DNA from: Clostridia bacterium
GTDB lineage: Bacteria > Bacillota > Clostridia > TANB77 > CAG-465
Reading direction: 5' to 3'
Assembly (NCBI GenBank): GCA_051886195.1
Contig: JBJEXW010000011.1
Coordinates: 1-60,150, forward strand
Length of the DNA stretch: 60,150 bases
Below, piece after piece: positions 1-10,908 of this stretch. A program made the position numbers and the translations under genes. Each line of letters opens with the position of its first letter. Positions within the stretch are counted from its first letter, which is position 1. A model generated the notes under the pieces. It was given only the letters and a program-made list of their open reading frames with translations, made no database searches and had not been told where the DNA came from.

Positions 1-65
1 TAAGGTATTTCCTTTTTTTATATATTAGTGTGTCATATCTATTGTAAACCTATAATGTTAATAAT

Positions 66-93
66 AAAAGACTTGAAACAAATCAAGTCTTTT
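66..93 (-). terminator. Rho-independent terminator after the 97..1143 gene
   Basis: Inverted repeat AAAAGACTTGA-n6-TCAAGTCTTTT 3 nt past the stop codon. Confidence 0.75.
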
Positions 94-96
94 ATA

Positions 97-1143
97 TTAT
101 ATTTCAGAGTTATCACTTTCTATAATTTTAGAGATAGTCTCCTCTCTATTTTGTTTAGACATAGCGTTTATATTTTCACTTGTATATCCTGAAAGTACAT
201 TTGGTCTTCTATTTATTAATTCATTATATGTATTAGCAAACTCTTCTTGATTATTCTTACCAAAAGCGGAGCAAACTGAAATAACATGTAATTTATTATC
301 CTTAGTTACTACATTTATTTGTTTGGTAGATTTTACTCCATTCACATAATTTTCGTGTGGATAAATCCATATAATATCTGTATATTTCATTACTTCTAAA
401 GAATTGGCATAAGCAATAACATAGTCATCTAAGAATATAGTTTTTGTTATTTTAAATTCTAGTTTTGAAGAATTAGATAATTCTAATGATATTTGAGTAA
501 GATCATATTTTTTGGCTATTTTCTTTATCTTACTCTTAGTAGATATTACTAAAATAACATATACAATTCCAAAAGTAACTCCAAAGAAAACTGCAAAAAT
601 TGCTATTGTATAAAATATTTGAGCCACATCATTTGGAGATTTCTTTGTATTGATAAGATATGGTACAAAATAATCATCAAAATTAATTGTATTTATTTCA
701 TCAGTTTCGTAAATTTCATTCATTGATTCAATAGCATAATTTTTTAAATCATTTGATATATTTTCTGACATTCCATATATAACAATTCCATTAATATTAT
801 TATCTGTATTAACTTTCTCATCTAATGTTATATATTCACTATCAGATAAATTTAATATATATATTTTATTATCTCCAAGTGCAAAATAATATTTTTCTCT
901 AATGCTATTGTCCACATTGTATGTAGCAAAATAGTCTGTAAGAGCATATATACTCGCTTGAGAATATGTATCTTCTTGAATTACTTCTTCAATATTTTCT
1001 GCTTTTGGTAACTTTCTAGCTCCAAGAATAGTGCCAAACGCTAAACAAAATACAGCAATAAGAATTGAAGCTATTGCGATGTAAAAATTACTTTTATTTC
1101 TATAAAATATTTTCATCAATTCTTTTTTATTTTCTTTTTCCAT
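97..1143 (-). CDS. Hypothetical membrane protein (two TM helices flanking an extracellular domain; DUF6709-like)
   Basis: 348-aa ORF with hydrophobic segments near aa 20-41 and 175-200; AGGTG SD. Confidence 0.6.
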   Translation of the reverse strand: MEKENKKELMKIFYRNKSNFYIAIASILIAVFCLAFGTILGARKLPKAENIEEVIQEDTYSQASIYALTDYFATYNVDNSIREKYYFALGDNKIYILNLSDSEYITLDEKVNTDNNINGIVIYGMSENISNDLKNYAIESMNEIYETDEINTINFDDYFVPYLINTKKSPNDVAQIFYTIAIFAVFFGVTFGIVYVILVISTKSKIKKIAKKYDLTQISLELSNSSKLEFKITKTIFLDDYVIAYANSLEVMKYTDIIWIYPHENYVNGVKSTKQINVVTKDNKLHVISVCSAFGKNNQEEFANTYNELINRRPNVLSGYTSENINAMSKQNREETISKIIESDNSEI

Positions 1144-1247
1144 ATATATTCACCTAAAATAATCTTAACGCTTGCTCAATTATTTGTCAATAAAATAAAT
1201 ATTGATTTTATTTCTCTTTTATAGTAATATGTAATTGGTGATGAAAA

Positions 1248-1760
1248 ATGAAAAAAATTGATAGAAAAGAACTACATGAAGAATCTAAAAAGAAAGCAAA
1301 GCTTGCATTTGAAGATTATAAAGCATTTGCTTTAAAGGGAAATGCTTTAGACCTAGCAATTGGTGTTGTTTTAGGTGGCGCTTTTACAACAATAGTTAAT
1401 ACACTAGTATCTGCTCTTATAACTCCAATAATAAGCCTACTTACAAGCAATGTAGACTTATCCACTCTTTTTATAACATTAAAAGGAGGAAAGTTTGATA
1501 CATTAGAAGCTGCAAAAGCTGCTGGAGCAATAACTTTAAACTATGGAGAAATACTTACAGCAATAATAAACTTTATAATTATATCTATTGTATTATTTAT
1601 CATTGTAAAGACATTAACTAAAGCAAATAAAAAGGATACTCAAGCAGTAGAAATTACTACTAAAACATGTCCTTACTGTTTAAGTACAATTCCTATCAAA
1701 GCTACAAGATGTGGCCATTGCACAAGTATTCTTGAAGAAACTTCTTCTAAAGAAGAATAA
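1248..1760 (+). CDS. mscL: Large-conductance mechanosensitive channel with C-terminal Cys zinc-ribbon-like tail
   Basis: FALKGNALDLAIGVVLGGAF and LNYGxxxxAIINFIII motifs; tail CPYC...RCGHC. Confidence 0.95.
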   Translation: MKKIDRKELHEESKKKAKLAFEDYKAFALKGNALDLAIGVVLGGAFTTIVNTLVSALITPIISLLTSNVDLSTLFITLKGGKFDTLEAAKAAGAITLNYGEILTAIINFIIISIVLFIIVKTLTKANKKDTQAVEITTKTCPYCLSTIPIKATRCGHCTSILEETSSKEE

Positions 1761-1762
1761 TA

Positions 1763-1788
1763 AAAAACCACGATAAATCGTGGTTTTT
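1763..1788. terminator. Bidirectional terminator between convergent mscL and hup
   Basis: AAAAACCACGAT-AA-ATCGTGGTTTTT perfect inverted repeat with A/T tails. Confidence 0.85.
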
Positions 1789-1801
1789 ATTTTTTAATTA
1801 A

Positions 1802-2080
1802 TTATTTTTTATTAACTAATTCTTTTAAAGCTTTTCCAGCTTTGAAAACTGGAGCTTTAGAAGCTGGTATTTTAATTTCAGCTTTAGTTTGTGGGTTTCT
1901 ACCTTTTCTAGCAGCTCTTTCTCTTACTTCGAAAGTACCAAAACCAACTAATTGAACTTTTTCTCCGTTTTTAAGTGCTTCTTCAACACTAGTTACGAAT
2001 GCGTCTAGAGCAGTTTCAGCAGCTTTTTTAGTTAGTTTGCTTTCTTCTGCTATTTTAGCGATTAATTCAGCTTTATTCAT
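1802..2080 (-). CDS. hup: HU DNA-binding protein
   Basis: MNKAELI...[24 protein letters not shown] signature; AGGAGG SD. Confidence 0.97.
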   Translation of the reverse strand: MNKAELIAKIAEESKLTKKAAETALDAFVTSVEEALKNGEKVQLVGFGTFEVRERAARKGRNPQTKAEIKIPASKAPVFKAGKALKELVNKK

Positions 2081-2182
2081 TATTATCCCTCCTATTATTT
2101 ATTACACTTAGAATATACTACAAAAGATTTGCATTGTCAACACTTTTCATCTTTTTTCTAGCAAAAAAACATCGTTTTTTTG

Positions 2183-3772
2183 CTAGATTTTAAGCATTTT
2201 ACATATTTTGTTACCATAAGGTAATTGTTGTATTTCATCTTTATCTAATGCTCTTAAAAGTATTACTAATATAGCATATACTATTACACCTATTGCTATA
2301 GAACAAAGTGTAGAAATAGTATTTCCCAATTTTAAGAAAATAAACAATTTATATGAAACAAACACAGAAAGTCCCATTAAAGCACTTGCAATAAATGGTT
2401 TAACAAAAACTTCTTTTATAGGCATCTTTTCCTTTAGTGTTCTAAATAATACAAATGCTGATATTAAAAATGCTGTAGAACTATATATTATGCTTGTAAC
2501 AGCTGGTACAACTTCTCCATATATTGGTATAAATATAACATTTAAAACATATTTGATTATTGTTCCTACAAGTAATGCAAAACCTGGCACTGCAAGCTTT
2601 CCAATTCCTTGAAGAGCTCCTGTAAGTGTTTGGCTTAATACAGAGAAGAATAGCAACCAACATTCAATTTGAAGTAAATAAGCTCCTTCTGGTGCATTAG
2701 GAAATATCATATTAAATATTGGCGTAGCTAAAACAAAAAGTCCAAATGTACAAGGTAATGCTATTAAAGAAGATATTTTTAAAGAATATCTAATCTTATT
2801 TGTAGCTTCATCTTTTCTATGTCTTGCAATTGCAGATGATATAAATGGTACAAGTGCTACAGAAAATGCTACATTAATTGAAAGTGGAACAGCAAGTAAT
2901 ATATCTACTTTTCCAGATAAAATTCCATATTTAGCATTTGCTGTAACTATATCATATCCATATTTTTGAAGTCCATCAACAACAGTTACAACATCAATTA
3001 GTCCTGCAAGAGCTGATACTACACTACCAAATGAAATTGGTATAGCATATGATATTAATTTTTTTGCTATTTTCTTTCTAGATTCTGTTGCAAATACTTC
3101 TGACTTATTAATTTCTTCCCATATCTCATCTCTATTTTTTCTATAATATCTTACAAGATATAAAAAGGCAGTTGACGTAGCAACAGTTGTTGCAAGTGTT
3201 GAGCCTGCTGCCATTATTTCAGGTGTCTGACCTATTAACATAAATACAAATATTACTGAAAATACACAGTTAATAATTTGTTCAATAATTTGAGCTTTAC
3301 TATATTCACTCACATTTTCCATTCCAATGAAGTATCCTCTTAGTACTGCAGACATAGATACAAATATAATTGCTGGAGATAATGCCATTAATGTATATTT
3401 AACTCCAGGATTGTGAAGTATATTGTTAGATATAAGCTCTGCTCCAAAAAATAGTGCTAAAGAAAATGCTGTAGCTATACTAACAAACACTAAAAACGCT
3501 GTTTTAAATATTTTGTGTGCACCACGTCTATCTCCTATTGTTCTTTTTTCAGATACAAGCTTTGAAATTGTATTTGGTATTCCCATTGTAGCTATTGCAA
3601 GTATAAAAGTATACACTTGATATCCTGATCCATAATAGCTATTTCCTACATCCGAAAACTGAGGTATATTAGTCTGAATTATTCTATAAATAAATCCCAA
3701 TATTTTGATTAATATTTGAGAGCCCATTATTACAAATACGCCCTTCATAAATGATTGCTTTTTAATTGCCAA
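2183..3772 (-). CDS. Polysaccharide biosynthesis / SpoVB-MurJ (MOP) family flippase
   Basis: 529 aa, about 14 TM; KQSFMKG..KILGFIYR, GIPNTISKLVSE, LRGYF motifs; TTG start with AGGAGG SD. Confidence 0.85.
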   Translation of the reverse strand: MAIKKQSFMKGVFVIMGSQILIKILGFIYRIIQTNIPQFSDVGNSYYGSGYQVYTFILAIATMGIPNTISKLVSEKRTIGDRRGAHKIFKTAFLVFVSIATAFSLALFFGAELISNNILHNPGVKYTLMALSPAIIFVSMSAVLRGYFIGMENVSEYSKAQIIEQIINCVFSVIFVFMLIGQTPEIMAAGSTLATTVATSTAFLYLVRYYRKNRDEIWEEINKSEVFATESRKKIAKKLISYAIPISFGSVVSALAGLIDVVTVVDGLQKYGYDIVTANAKYGILSGKVDILLAVPLSINVAFSVALVPFISSAIARHRKDEATNKIRYSLKISSLIALPCTFGLFVLATPIFNMIFPNAPEGAYLLQIECWLLFFSVLSQTLTGALQGIGKLAVPGFALLVGTIIKYVLNVIFIPIYGEVVPAVTSIIYSSTAFLISAFVLFRTLKEKMPIKEVFVKPFIASALMGLSVFVSYKLFIFLKLGNTISTLCSIAIGVIVYAILVILLRALDKDEIQQLPYGNKICKMLKI

Positions 3773-3790
3773 GGTTATTTCCTCCTTAAT

Positions 3791-5446
3791 TTATCTTAAG
3801 TAGCATCCGCCACCAATAAATTCTCTAAGTATTGATGTACTTGGTATTAAATCTGTTTCTATACCAATAAAATTTCTTAATGTATTTAAAAGTCTTCTTG
3901 CTTCTGAATAATACTTACTTTCATCACTAATTTTTAGTAACAATTTTTCTGCTATAGGCTTTAATGCAGCCCATTCGTATATAAGACTAGTATTTAATAT
4001 GTAATCTGCTCTATCTACATATGGAAAAATATTTTCTTCGTCACCCTTACGTATTTTATTCCATAAATCCATTGTTTTTTCAACACTTACACCACGTGTG
4101 GAATTGTCTCTAACAAATCTTCTCATCATTCTTAAATCATTAGAAGATAGCATAGTATAAGCATCAAATCTAATACTTACCATTGGGGCAACATATAATT
4201 TAAATATTTTTTCTTTTGGAATGAATTCAGAAGCTCTTGGATTTAAAGCATGTATTCCTTCAATAATTAAAATATCATTATCTCCTAATTTTATTGGATT
4301 ATTAATATATTCTTTTCTTTGTAATTTAAAATTAAAAGTTGGAATAACAACCTTTTTTCCTCTAAGTAAGCTTAACATCTGTTCTTTAAATAATTCAATT
4401 TCTAAATTTTCAAAGCATTCGTAATCTTCCTTACCATCTTTTCCAATAGGAATATTGCCAGCATCTTTAAAGTAATTATCCATACTAATTACTATTGCAT
4501 TTTTCTTTTTTACCATTAATGCATCTGCAAGTCTTTGAGCTGATGTTGTCTTTCCAGATGATGATGGTCCTGCAAGCATAACTATTTTTATACTATTTGT
4601 TCTTGTTATTCTTCTTGTAATTTCAAAAAATTCATTTGTATGATATAGTTCTGCTCTCCTAATCACTTGATCTATATTATCTTCAACTATTTTCTTATTT
4701 AAATCATTAACACTTTCAACTGATGTAACTTTGCATACTTCTGAAAATTTATTTGAAAGTTCAAACATTCTATTAGTTTCAATATCATATTTAACTTCAT
4801 TTATATTATCTTTTTCTGGAAGCATTAATATTACACCATTTTTATATTTTCTTAAATCAAAACCTCTTATACATCCTGTATACATAACTACAGCCCCATA
4901 TAAATATGTATAAAAGTCATCTATATAATATACTGTATAATTTTCATTTAAACTCAAATCTACAATATTTTTAACTTGTTCTTTATTATTTAAATAATTA
5001 GCTATTCTTCTACTACTTCCCTTTTCTTTCATAATTCTAAGATTCTCTGAGATAATTTTTTCCATTTCTTCTTTTATCTCTTTAACCATAGTTGTTGTTA
5101 CTTCTTCATCTTGTCTTACAAATGCAAAATAATCTCTACCTGTCTTATTTGAAAATTTAAAGTGTAGTTTTATTTTAAGTCTATGTAATGCATAAAGAAA
5201 TATGAATTTTAAACTTCTACTATATATTCTTTCACCTTCTCTAGTACTATAAGTAATAAAATCACAAGTGCAGTCTTCTATTATATGATACATTATAGAC
5301 CTTTCTTTATTGTTTATTTTTACAGCAAGAATCTCTTCTTCAGTTTTAATTCCTGCCATTTCTATTGCTTCATTTATTCTTGTTTCAGGTTCAACCATTA
5401 TTTCTTGACCATTTTCAAACTTTACTTTAATTAAATTTTTTTTCAT
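3791..5446 (-). CDS. Uridine/nucleoside kinase family protein with N-terminal TGS/ThrRS-like region
   Basis: Walker A AGPSSSGKTT, IEGIHALN, RRFVRD, ENIFPY motifs; 551 aa. Confidence 0.85.
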   Translation of the reverse strand: MKKNLIKVKFENGQEIMVEPETRINEAIEMAGIKTEEEILAVKINNKERSIMYHIIEDCTCDFITYSTREGERIYSRSLKFIFLYALHRLKIKLHFKFSNKTGRDYFAFVRQDEEVTTTMVKEIKEEMEKIISENLRIMKEKGSSRRIANYLNNKEQVKNIVDLSLNENYTVYYIDDFYTYLYGAVVMYTGCIRGFDLRKYKNGVILMLPEKDNINEVKYDIETNRMFELSNKFSEVCKVTSVESVNDLNKKIVEDNIDQVIRRAELYHTNEFFEITRRITRTNSIKIVMLAGPSSSGKTTSAQRLADALMVKKKNAIVISMDNYFKDAGNIPIGKDGKEDYECFENLEIELFKEQMLSLLRGKKVVIPTFNFKLQRKEYINNPIKLGDNDILIIEGIHALNPRASEFIPKEKIFKLYVAPMVSIRFDAYTMLSSNDLRMMRRFVRDNSTRGVSVEKTMDLWNKIRKGDEENIFPYVDRADYILNTSLIYEWAALKPIAEKLLLKISDESKYYSEARRLLNTLRNFIGIETDLIPSTSILREFIGGGCYLR

Positions 5447-5597
5447 AAAACGAAATCCTCCAACTAAAAAATGTTAAACTATATTCTAGCATAATTTTAG
5501 CCAAATTTCAATATTTTTTATAATTATATAGCTTGTACATTCTAACTTATCTTATGATTATATTATATCCTTATCTATCCACTTTTTCCACTTATTA

Positions 5598-5626
5598 TTG
5601 CTTTTTTTTACAAATTGTACTATAAT
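5598..5626 (+). promoter_or_regulatory. SigA-type promoter, probably producing a leaderless mRNA
   Basis: TTGCTT-17 nt-TATAAT, 7 nt before the ATG at 5634; no SD. Confidence 0.6.
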
Positions 5627-5633
5627 TTTCTAT

Positions 5634-6530
5634 ATGAAAGAACTTATAGTATCAAATATAAAAAATGAGAAAAAATTATCATATTATATAAAAGATTGCT
5701 TTCCTAATCTTTCTTCTTCTTTACTCTATAAAGCATTACGTAATAAAGATATTAGAGTAAATGGCAAAAGAATAAACGATGCAAATTATATATTAAATAA
5801 TAACGATATTATTGATATTTATATTGATGATTATTTACTATATGGATTTCCAAAGGATTTAAATATACAATATGAAGATGAAAATATGATAGTAGCCTTT
5901 AAACCTCAAGGAATATTGTCTAATAATGAAGAAAGTAATATTACAGAACCAACATTTGAAGACTTTGTTAAAGCTAAAAGAGGAAATGAATGTAGAATAT
6001 GCCATAGACTCGATAGAAATACTTCTGGTCTTATTATTTTTGCTAAAAATGATGTTGCATACGATACACTACTTGATGCTTTTAAAAATAATTACATTAC
6101 AAAGGAATATGTTGCTTATGTTTTTGGATGTGATTTTAAATCTAAAAATTATCATTATGAAAATTACATTTTTAAAGATGAGAAAACTGGATTTTCCAAA
6201 ATATATAATTCAAATATTCCAGGTTCTCAAAAAATAATAACAGATATTTATATAGAAAAGATATTTAAAGATAAAAAGTATTCAATATTAAGAGTAATAA
6301 TTCATACTGGTAAAACTCATCAAATACGAGCTTTATTATCTAGTATTTCTTCTCCTATTATTGGGGACTCAAAATATGGGAAAAATGAAATAAATAAAAA
6401 GTTTAAAAGATACAAGCAATTATTATTTGCAGTTAAGTATAGTTTTAACTTTCCAAATAATAGTCCGTTACATTACTTAAACAGCATAAATGTATCTTTA
6501 GATGAAGAACTATATACAGATAAACTTTAG
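5634..6530 (+). CDS. RluA/RluC-family pseudouridine synthase with S4 domain
   Basis: KPQG, CHRLDRNTSG, TGKTHQIR, PIIGDSKYG motifs; start moved to ATG 5634 because the ORF-track TTG start is the -35 box. Confidence 0.92.
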   Translation: MKELIVSNIKNEKKLSYYIKDCFPNLSSSLLYKALRNKDIRVNGKRINDANYILNNNDIIDIYIDDYLLYGFPKDLNIQYEDENMIVAFKPQGILSNNEESNITEPTFEDFVKAKRGNECRICHRLDRNTSGLIIFAKNDVAYDTLLDAFKNNYITKEYVAYVFGCDFKSKNYHYENYIFKDEKTGFSKIYNSNIPGSQKIITDIYIEKIFKDKKYSILRVIIHTGKTHQIRALLSSISSPIIGDSKYGKNEINKKFKRYKQLLFAVKYSFNFPNNSPLHYLNSINVSLDEELYTDKL

Positions 6531-6542
6531 AAGGTGAATTTT

Positions 6543-7172
6543 ATGAAAAGCTCATCCCAAGAATATCATCTGGTTGTGCCACAATATAAAGCATCAGTTG
6601 CAGAAATGGTATTAGTATTTACTATAGCTGCTATTGCAGGATATTTTATAGAAACAGGATATGTTTTCTTAAGTGTAGGAAAAATAGTAAAAAGAGGAAT
6701 GTTAATGGGCCCTTATTGTCCAATATATGGCTTTGGAGCTTTAATTCTTTATTCGATTTTTTATAATATAAAACCTACTAAAAAAAATATTCCATTAATA
6801 TTTATTATAGCCTCTTTAATACTTGGCTCTTTTGAACTGCTATGTGGCCTTGGATTTAAATATATATTAAATATTGAAATGTGGAATTATTCAGACAAGC
6901 CACTAAATATTTTAAATTATACTACAATTCCAATTTTAATTGGTTGGGGAATTCTTGGTACAATTTATGTATTTTTTATACATCCTTTAATACTAAGATT
7001 TGTACGATTATTTAAACCTAAAATAATGCGTAAAATTGCATTAATTCTCTCATTAATTTTTATTTGTGACTTAATAATTTCAACAAAAAGAATTGATGTA
7101 AATCCCAATATTCTAAATGATTTAGTTAATCCTGAAAATGCTAAAATTGACATTATTCTTTATACAGAATAA
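6543..7172 (+). CDS. Putative ABC transporter permease (CmpB/DUF1361-like membrane protein)
   Basis: RGMLMGPYCPIYGFG and MWNYS motifs; ATG 6543 follows AAGGTG SD. Confidence 0.75.
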   Translation: MKSSSQEYHLVVPQYKASVAEMVLVFTIAAIAGYFIETGYVFLSVGKIVKRGMLMGPYCPIYGFGALILYSIFYNIKPTKKNIPLIFIIASLILGSFELLCGLGFKYILNIEMWNYSDKPLNILNYTTIPILIGWGILGTIYVFFIHPLILRFVRLFKPKIMRKIALILSLIFICDLIISTKRIDVNPNILNDLVNPENAKIDIILYTE

Positions 7173-7236
7173 TTATAAAACTATATTTTTAATTCCAAAC
7201 TATAAGTAGTTTGGAATTACTAAAAATAAGAAAATA

Positions 7237-8358
7237 CTATTCATCTTTCAAAAGTTCAATTATATTTACTTTTTTGAGTCTAATATTATTAAATTTTATA
7301 GCAATTATAGAAATAGTATAAACACATACAAACATTAAAAATAACACTATTAAATATGATTTAATATCTTTAAAAATACTAATAGATAATTTATACTCAA
7401 TTATACATTCGATTATTTTAATTAAAAATACTGATATTATTGATCCAAGAAAAAATGATATTGCTAATATTGTACTTATTCTATATCTAAAGATAGATGA
7501 TATATCTCTGATTTTATATCCCATAGCTTTAAATATTGCTATATCGATTCTTTCATTATTTAAAAAATTAGCAATTATAATACTAATTGAAATATAGGTA
7601 TATATTATTGTCAAAAATAGTATAATTAATATTAAATTCTTAGCTAAATTATAAATTTTTATGTCTGTTTGTCCGCTCAAATCATTTAAATTTGCACTTA
7701 GTCCATTTGATTTTAAGTTTTCAATAATTTCTTCAACATTACTATAATTATTTGCAACTAAATATACAGAGTTATTATCCTCAATCACATTGTTATACTC
7801 TATTAATTTGTTCTTTAATTTTTCATTTATATACATATTACTTTCATAATTATTAACATCATATACTCCAACAACTAGTGCTTCAATATTTAAATCTTCA
7901 ATTGTTAAAGAAATCCTTTCACCAATAAAGTTATCTAAAAAAATCCATTTATTTGTTCTGTCTAAAATTTTCTTAGGTAATATAATTTCAAAATCTTCAT
8001 TATTCTTAAAATTTTCTCCCTTAATAATTAATGGTATTTCTTCTTTTGAAACATACATAGTATTCATTATAAATAACTCGTTAACATTCATTGAAAATGG
8101 AACTAATCTTCTGTATACATATTCAACATTTTCAATGATTTCAAAATCATTTAAATTATTCTTTTCTTCATTGCAATTAGAATATATAACTCTATTTATA
8201 ATATTATTTTGTATTTTTTCTGAAAAAGTATTGTTAAACGCATATAAACTATATATTATGGAAATAATCATTCCAAAAGTAACTGACATAGATATAATAT
8301 ATATTTTTAATTTTTTATTATTTAAGAAGCCATTAAAAGCTGGTATTAGTAATCCCAT
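7237..8358 (-). CDS. FtsX/MacB-type ABC transporter permease
   Basis: N-terminal TM, periplasmic-like domain, ERIDIAIFKAMGY motif, three C-terminal TMs. Confidence 0.8.
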   Translation of the reverse strand: MGLLIPAFNGFLNNKKLKIYIISMSVTFGMIISIIYSLYAFNNTFSEKIQNNIINRVIYSNCNEEKNNLNDFEIIENVEYVYRRLVPFSMNVNELFIMNTMYVSKEEIPLIIKGENFKNNEDFEIILPKKILDRTNKWIFLDNFIGERISLTIEDLNIEALVVGVYDVNNYESNMYINEKLKNKLIEYNNVIEDNNSVYLVANNYSNVEEIIENLKSNGLSANLNDLSGQTDIKIYNLAKNLILIILFLTIIYTYISISIIIANFLNNERIDIAIFKAMGYKIRDISSIFRYRISTILAISFFLGSIISVFLIKIIECIIEYKLSISIFKDIKSYLIVLFLMFVCVYTISIIAIKFNNIRLKKVNIIELLKDE

Positions 8359-8366
8359 TTTTTCTC

Positions 8367-9623
8367 CTATTTCTCTTTATTTAATGATAAAGGTGTTTTA
8401 TTTAAGATAGCTTTTCCACATAATACGCTTGCAAGTAATGGAACAATTAGTGTTCCAAATAATGCTATAACGCAAATTTCAATATTAATTTTAATATCTA
8501 ACTGATTAAGAGAATAATTTTTTATCAATATGCAATTTGAAACAATTGACAATATTACTATTGATATAAATAATCCTATAATAAACGACCTAATTCCAAC
8601 AATTAGGTTCTCGAATATTAAAATTACTTGAATATCTTTATTTTTATATCCTATTGATTTTAACATTCCAATTTCATATTGTCTATCATTAATACTCTTA
8701 ATACTTGATGAAATAATATTTGCTAATACAATCAATATTAAAATTGATAAAGAAATACTTACTACAATATTAACAATATCTATTAATTTAGTATTTGCAG
8801 TACTTCTTACTAAAGCTCTATAACCAAGCTCTTGAATACTATTTAATGTACTTTCTATATCAACTGGATTATCAACTATTGCCATAATTGTTTTATTATT
8901 TGAATATGTAGTATTAGGATTTAATATAGTATTATCATTTATATTTTGTGTAATTTCATTAACATTGTAAAAGGGAACAAAGAAACTATTTCCATCCATA
9001 ACATTTTCTTCTGCATCATATATTCCTACCACTATATAATTTTCACAAAAAGTTTTATTAATCTTTGGAGTCATATCTCCTAAACTATTATCAAATGAAT
9101 AATACTCAACATTAATTGTTTCACCTAGAAGCTCCTTACCATCTATATATTTTTCTTTATCAAAATTATCATTTGAATAGTCTAAATATATTTTTTGTGG
9201 AATAAGGCATACATTTTTTTCATTATTTTGTATAGCTCTTCCTTTTATTACATAAGGCTGTGAATTTATATCAGCTCCAATCAAAGTAATAGCCTGACTA
9301 CTATATTCCTCTCCAATATCTTTAATCTTCACATGAGCCATATATTCATCTGAATTCATAGCCTTTATAATATTTTTATTTTCTTCAACTTTTTCAATAA
9401 CTTCATCAACAGAATATTTAGGAATACCAGTAATTACTATAGTTCTATACGATAAATTGTTATAAATAGCTCTTTCAATTGTATCTGACAAGCTACTAGT
9501 AAAACTGAATGCAAGAATAAAAATAATAACTGCCATTGAAATTAAAATAGTGTTTGTTATAACCATTCCCTTCCTTCTAGACAAATTTTTATTAGCTAGA
9601 AAAATATAATCTTTTATTTTCAT
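8367..9623 (-). CDS. FtsX/MacB-type ABC transporter permease
   Basis: LANKNLSRRK start, DRQYEIGMLKSIGY motif; ATGA overlap with the upstream ATPase. Confidence 0.85.
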   Translation of the reverse strand: MKIKDYIFLANKNLSRRKGMVITNTILISMAVIIFILAFSFTSSLSDTIERAIYNNLSYRTIVITGIPKYSVDEVIEKVEENKNIIKAMNSDEYMAHVKIKDIGEEYSSQAITLIGADINSQPYVIKGRAIQNNEKNVCLIPQKIYLDYSNDNFDKEKYIDGKELLGETINVEYYSFDNSLGDMTPKINKTFCENYIVVGIYDAEENVMDGNSFFVPFYNVNEITQNINDNTILNPNTTYSNNKTIMAIVDNPVDIESTLNSIQELGYRALVRSTANTKLIDIVNIVVSISLSILILIVLANIISSSIKSINDRQYEIGMLKSIGYKNKDIQVILIFENLIVGIRSFIIGLFISIVILSIVSNCILIKNYSLNQLDIKINIEICVIALFGTLIVPLLASVLCGKAILNKTPLSLNKEK

Positions 9624-10300
9624 ATTTCTTCACTCAACTTTCCTAAATTCATGTAAAATACCTTATCTGCGTATTTCTTTATACTATCATTATGACTTAC
9701 AACTACAACGGCTTTACCATTATTAGTTAAACTTCTTAAAGTATTATATACAATTTCCTCATTTTTAACATCTAAATTTCCTGTAGGTTCATCTGCTAAT
9801 ATAAAACTTGGATTGTTTGCTAATGCTCTAGCTATCGCAATTCTTTGTTGTTCACCACCCGAAAGCTCTTTTGGATAGTGATTTACTCTTTTTTCAAGTC
9901 CAAATTTCGTTAAGAGATTAAGTGCATTTTCTCTTCTATCTTTACATAAAATATCTTTATTTATATACATAGGTAACATTACATTTTCAATTGCTGTTAA
10001 CTTTGGATTTAAATAGAAAGATTGAAATACAAATCCAATTTCTTTCATTCGTAATTCAGCTTTTTCGTTTTCAGAATAATTTGATACTTCTTGTCCATTT
10101 ATATAAAGTTCACCATCACTTAAATTATCTAATAATCCCAAAATTTGAATTAATGTACTTTTTCCAGATCCAGAATGCCCCATAATAACATACATTTTTC
10201 CAGTTTCTATTTTTAAGTTCACATTATCAATTGCAATTATCTTTTCATCTTTTAGGTTAAACTCTTTTGACCCATTTTTTAAAATTATATTTTTTTCCAT
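9620..10300 (-). CDS. ABC transporter ATP-binding protein (LolD/MacB type)
   Basis: GHSGSGKST, IGFVFQ, LSGGEQQR, ILADEPTGNLD, VVSH. Confidence 0.95.
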   Translation of the reverse strand: MEKNIILKNGSKEFNLKDEKIIAIDNVNLKIETGKMYVIMGHSGSGKSTLIQILGLLDNLSDGELYINGQEVSNYSENEKAELRMKEIGFVFQSFYLNPKLTAIENVMLPMYINKDILCKDRRENALNLLTKFGLEKRVNHYPKELSGGEQQRIAIARALANNPSFILADEPTGNLDVKNEEIVYNTLRSLTNNGKAVVVVSHNDSIKKYADKVFYMNLGKLSEEI

Positions 10301-10371
10301 AATACTTTTTCCTCTCTAATATATACTTTACTATAGAAAGCATTAAAAAATGCTTTCTATAGTAATTTCTA

Positions 10372-10773
10372 TTAATTGCTAAACAAATATACTGGATTAG
10401 CACGAAGTCCTCCATGTACAAGTTTAAAATAATAAAAAGCTTTGCATGATTCATGATATCCTCTATAAAATGTATATGTCTGATTAGTAGGTGACATAGC
10501 TTCTTCATCTCCAGCCAAAAAAGTTTTTCCTATTAGGTCTTTTCTATATAAGTCAATATATACATCACAATACGAAAAGCTATCAAAACTATTTGGATAT
10601 ATAGATATTCCATAAGTTCCCTCTGTAAAATCATATTTATTTCCCTCTAAGATAGTATTTGGAGCCATATCAATATATGATGTAAAAGTATTTGCTAATA
10701 CACTAGAAGAAACAGATAAAATTGAACACATTATTAATAACATTGTTAGACTTATTTTTAAAGTTTTTTTCAT
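10372..10773 (-). CDS. Small secreted hypothetical protein
   Basis: Sec signal peptide ending SSVLA; AGGAGG SD; Tyr/Phe-rich mature part with 2 Cys. Confidence 0.75.
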   Translation of the reverse strand: MKKTLKISLTMLLIMCSILSVSSSVLANTFTSYIDMAPNTILEGNKYDFTEGTYGISIYPNSFDSFSYCDVYIDLYRKDLIGKTFLAGDEEAMSPTNQTYTFYRGYHESCKAFYYFKLVHGGLRANPVYLFSN

Positions 10774-10868
10774 ATTAATTCCTCCTATCTTTAATTTTGA
10801 TTTTTCTCGAGAACAAATCTAAAACAATGTTATCAGCTTTTTACTTCAATATCAATAAAAAAAGACAT

Positions 10869-10908
10869 AATTATAAAAAATTATAAAAAAGTAGAAATAA
10901 GTAGAAAT
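10869..10908. repeat. 10-bp-period direct repeats, a candidate operator
   Basis: AATTATAAAA x2 followed by AAGTAGAAAT x2, upstream of the secreted-protein/ABC operon. Confidence 0.55.

Noticed and set aside
1680-1725. Cys-rich tail of MscL as a novel fusion
   Set aside because: This extension is common in clostridial MscL proteins
10257-10508. 83-aa minus-strand ORF bridging the secreted protein and the ATPase
   Set aside because: It overlaps two genes that each have their own SD and start; no SD or recognisable sequence
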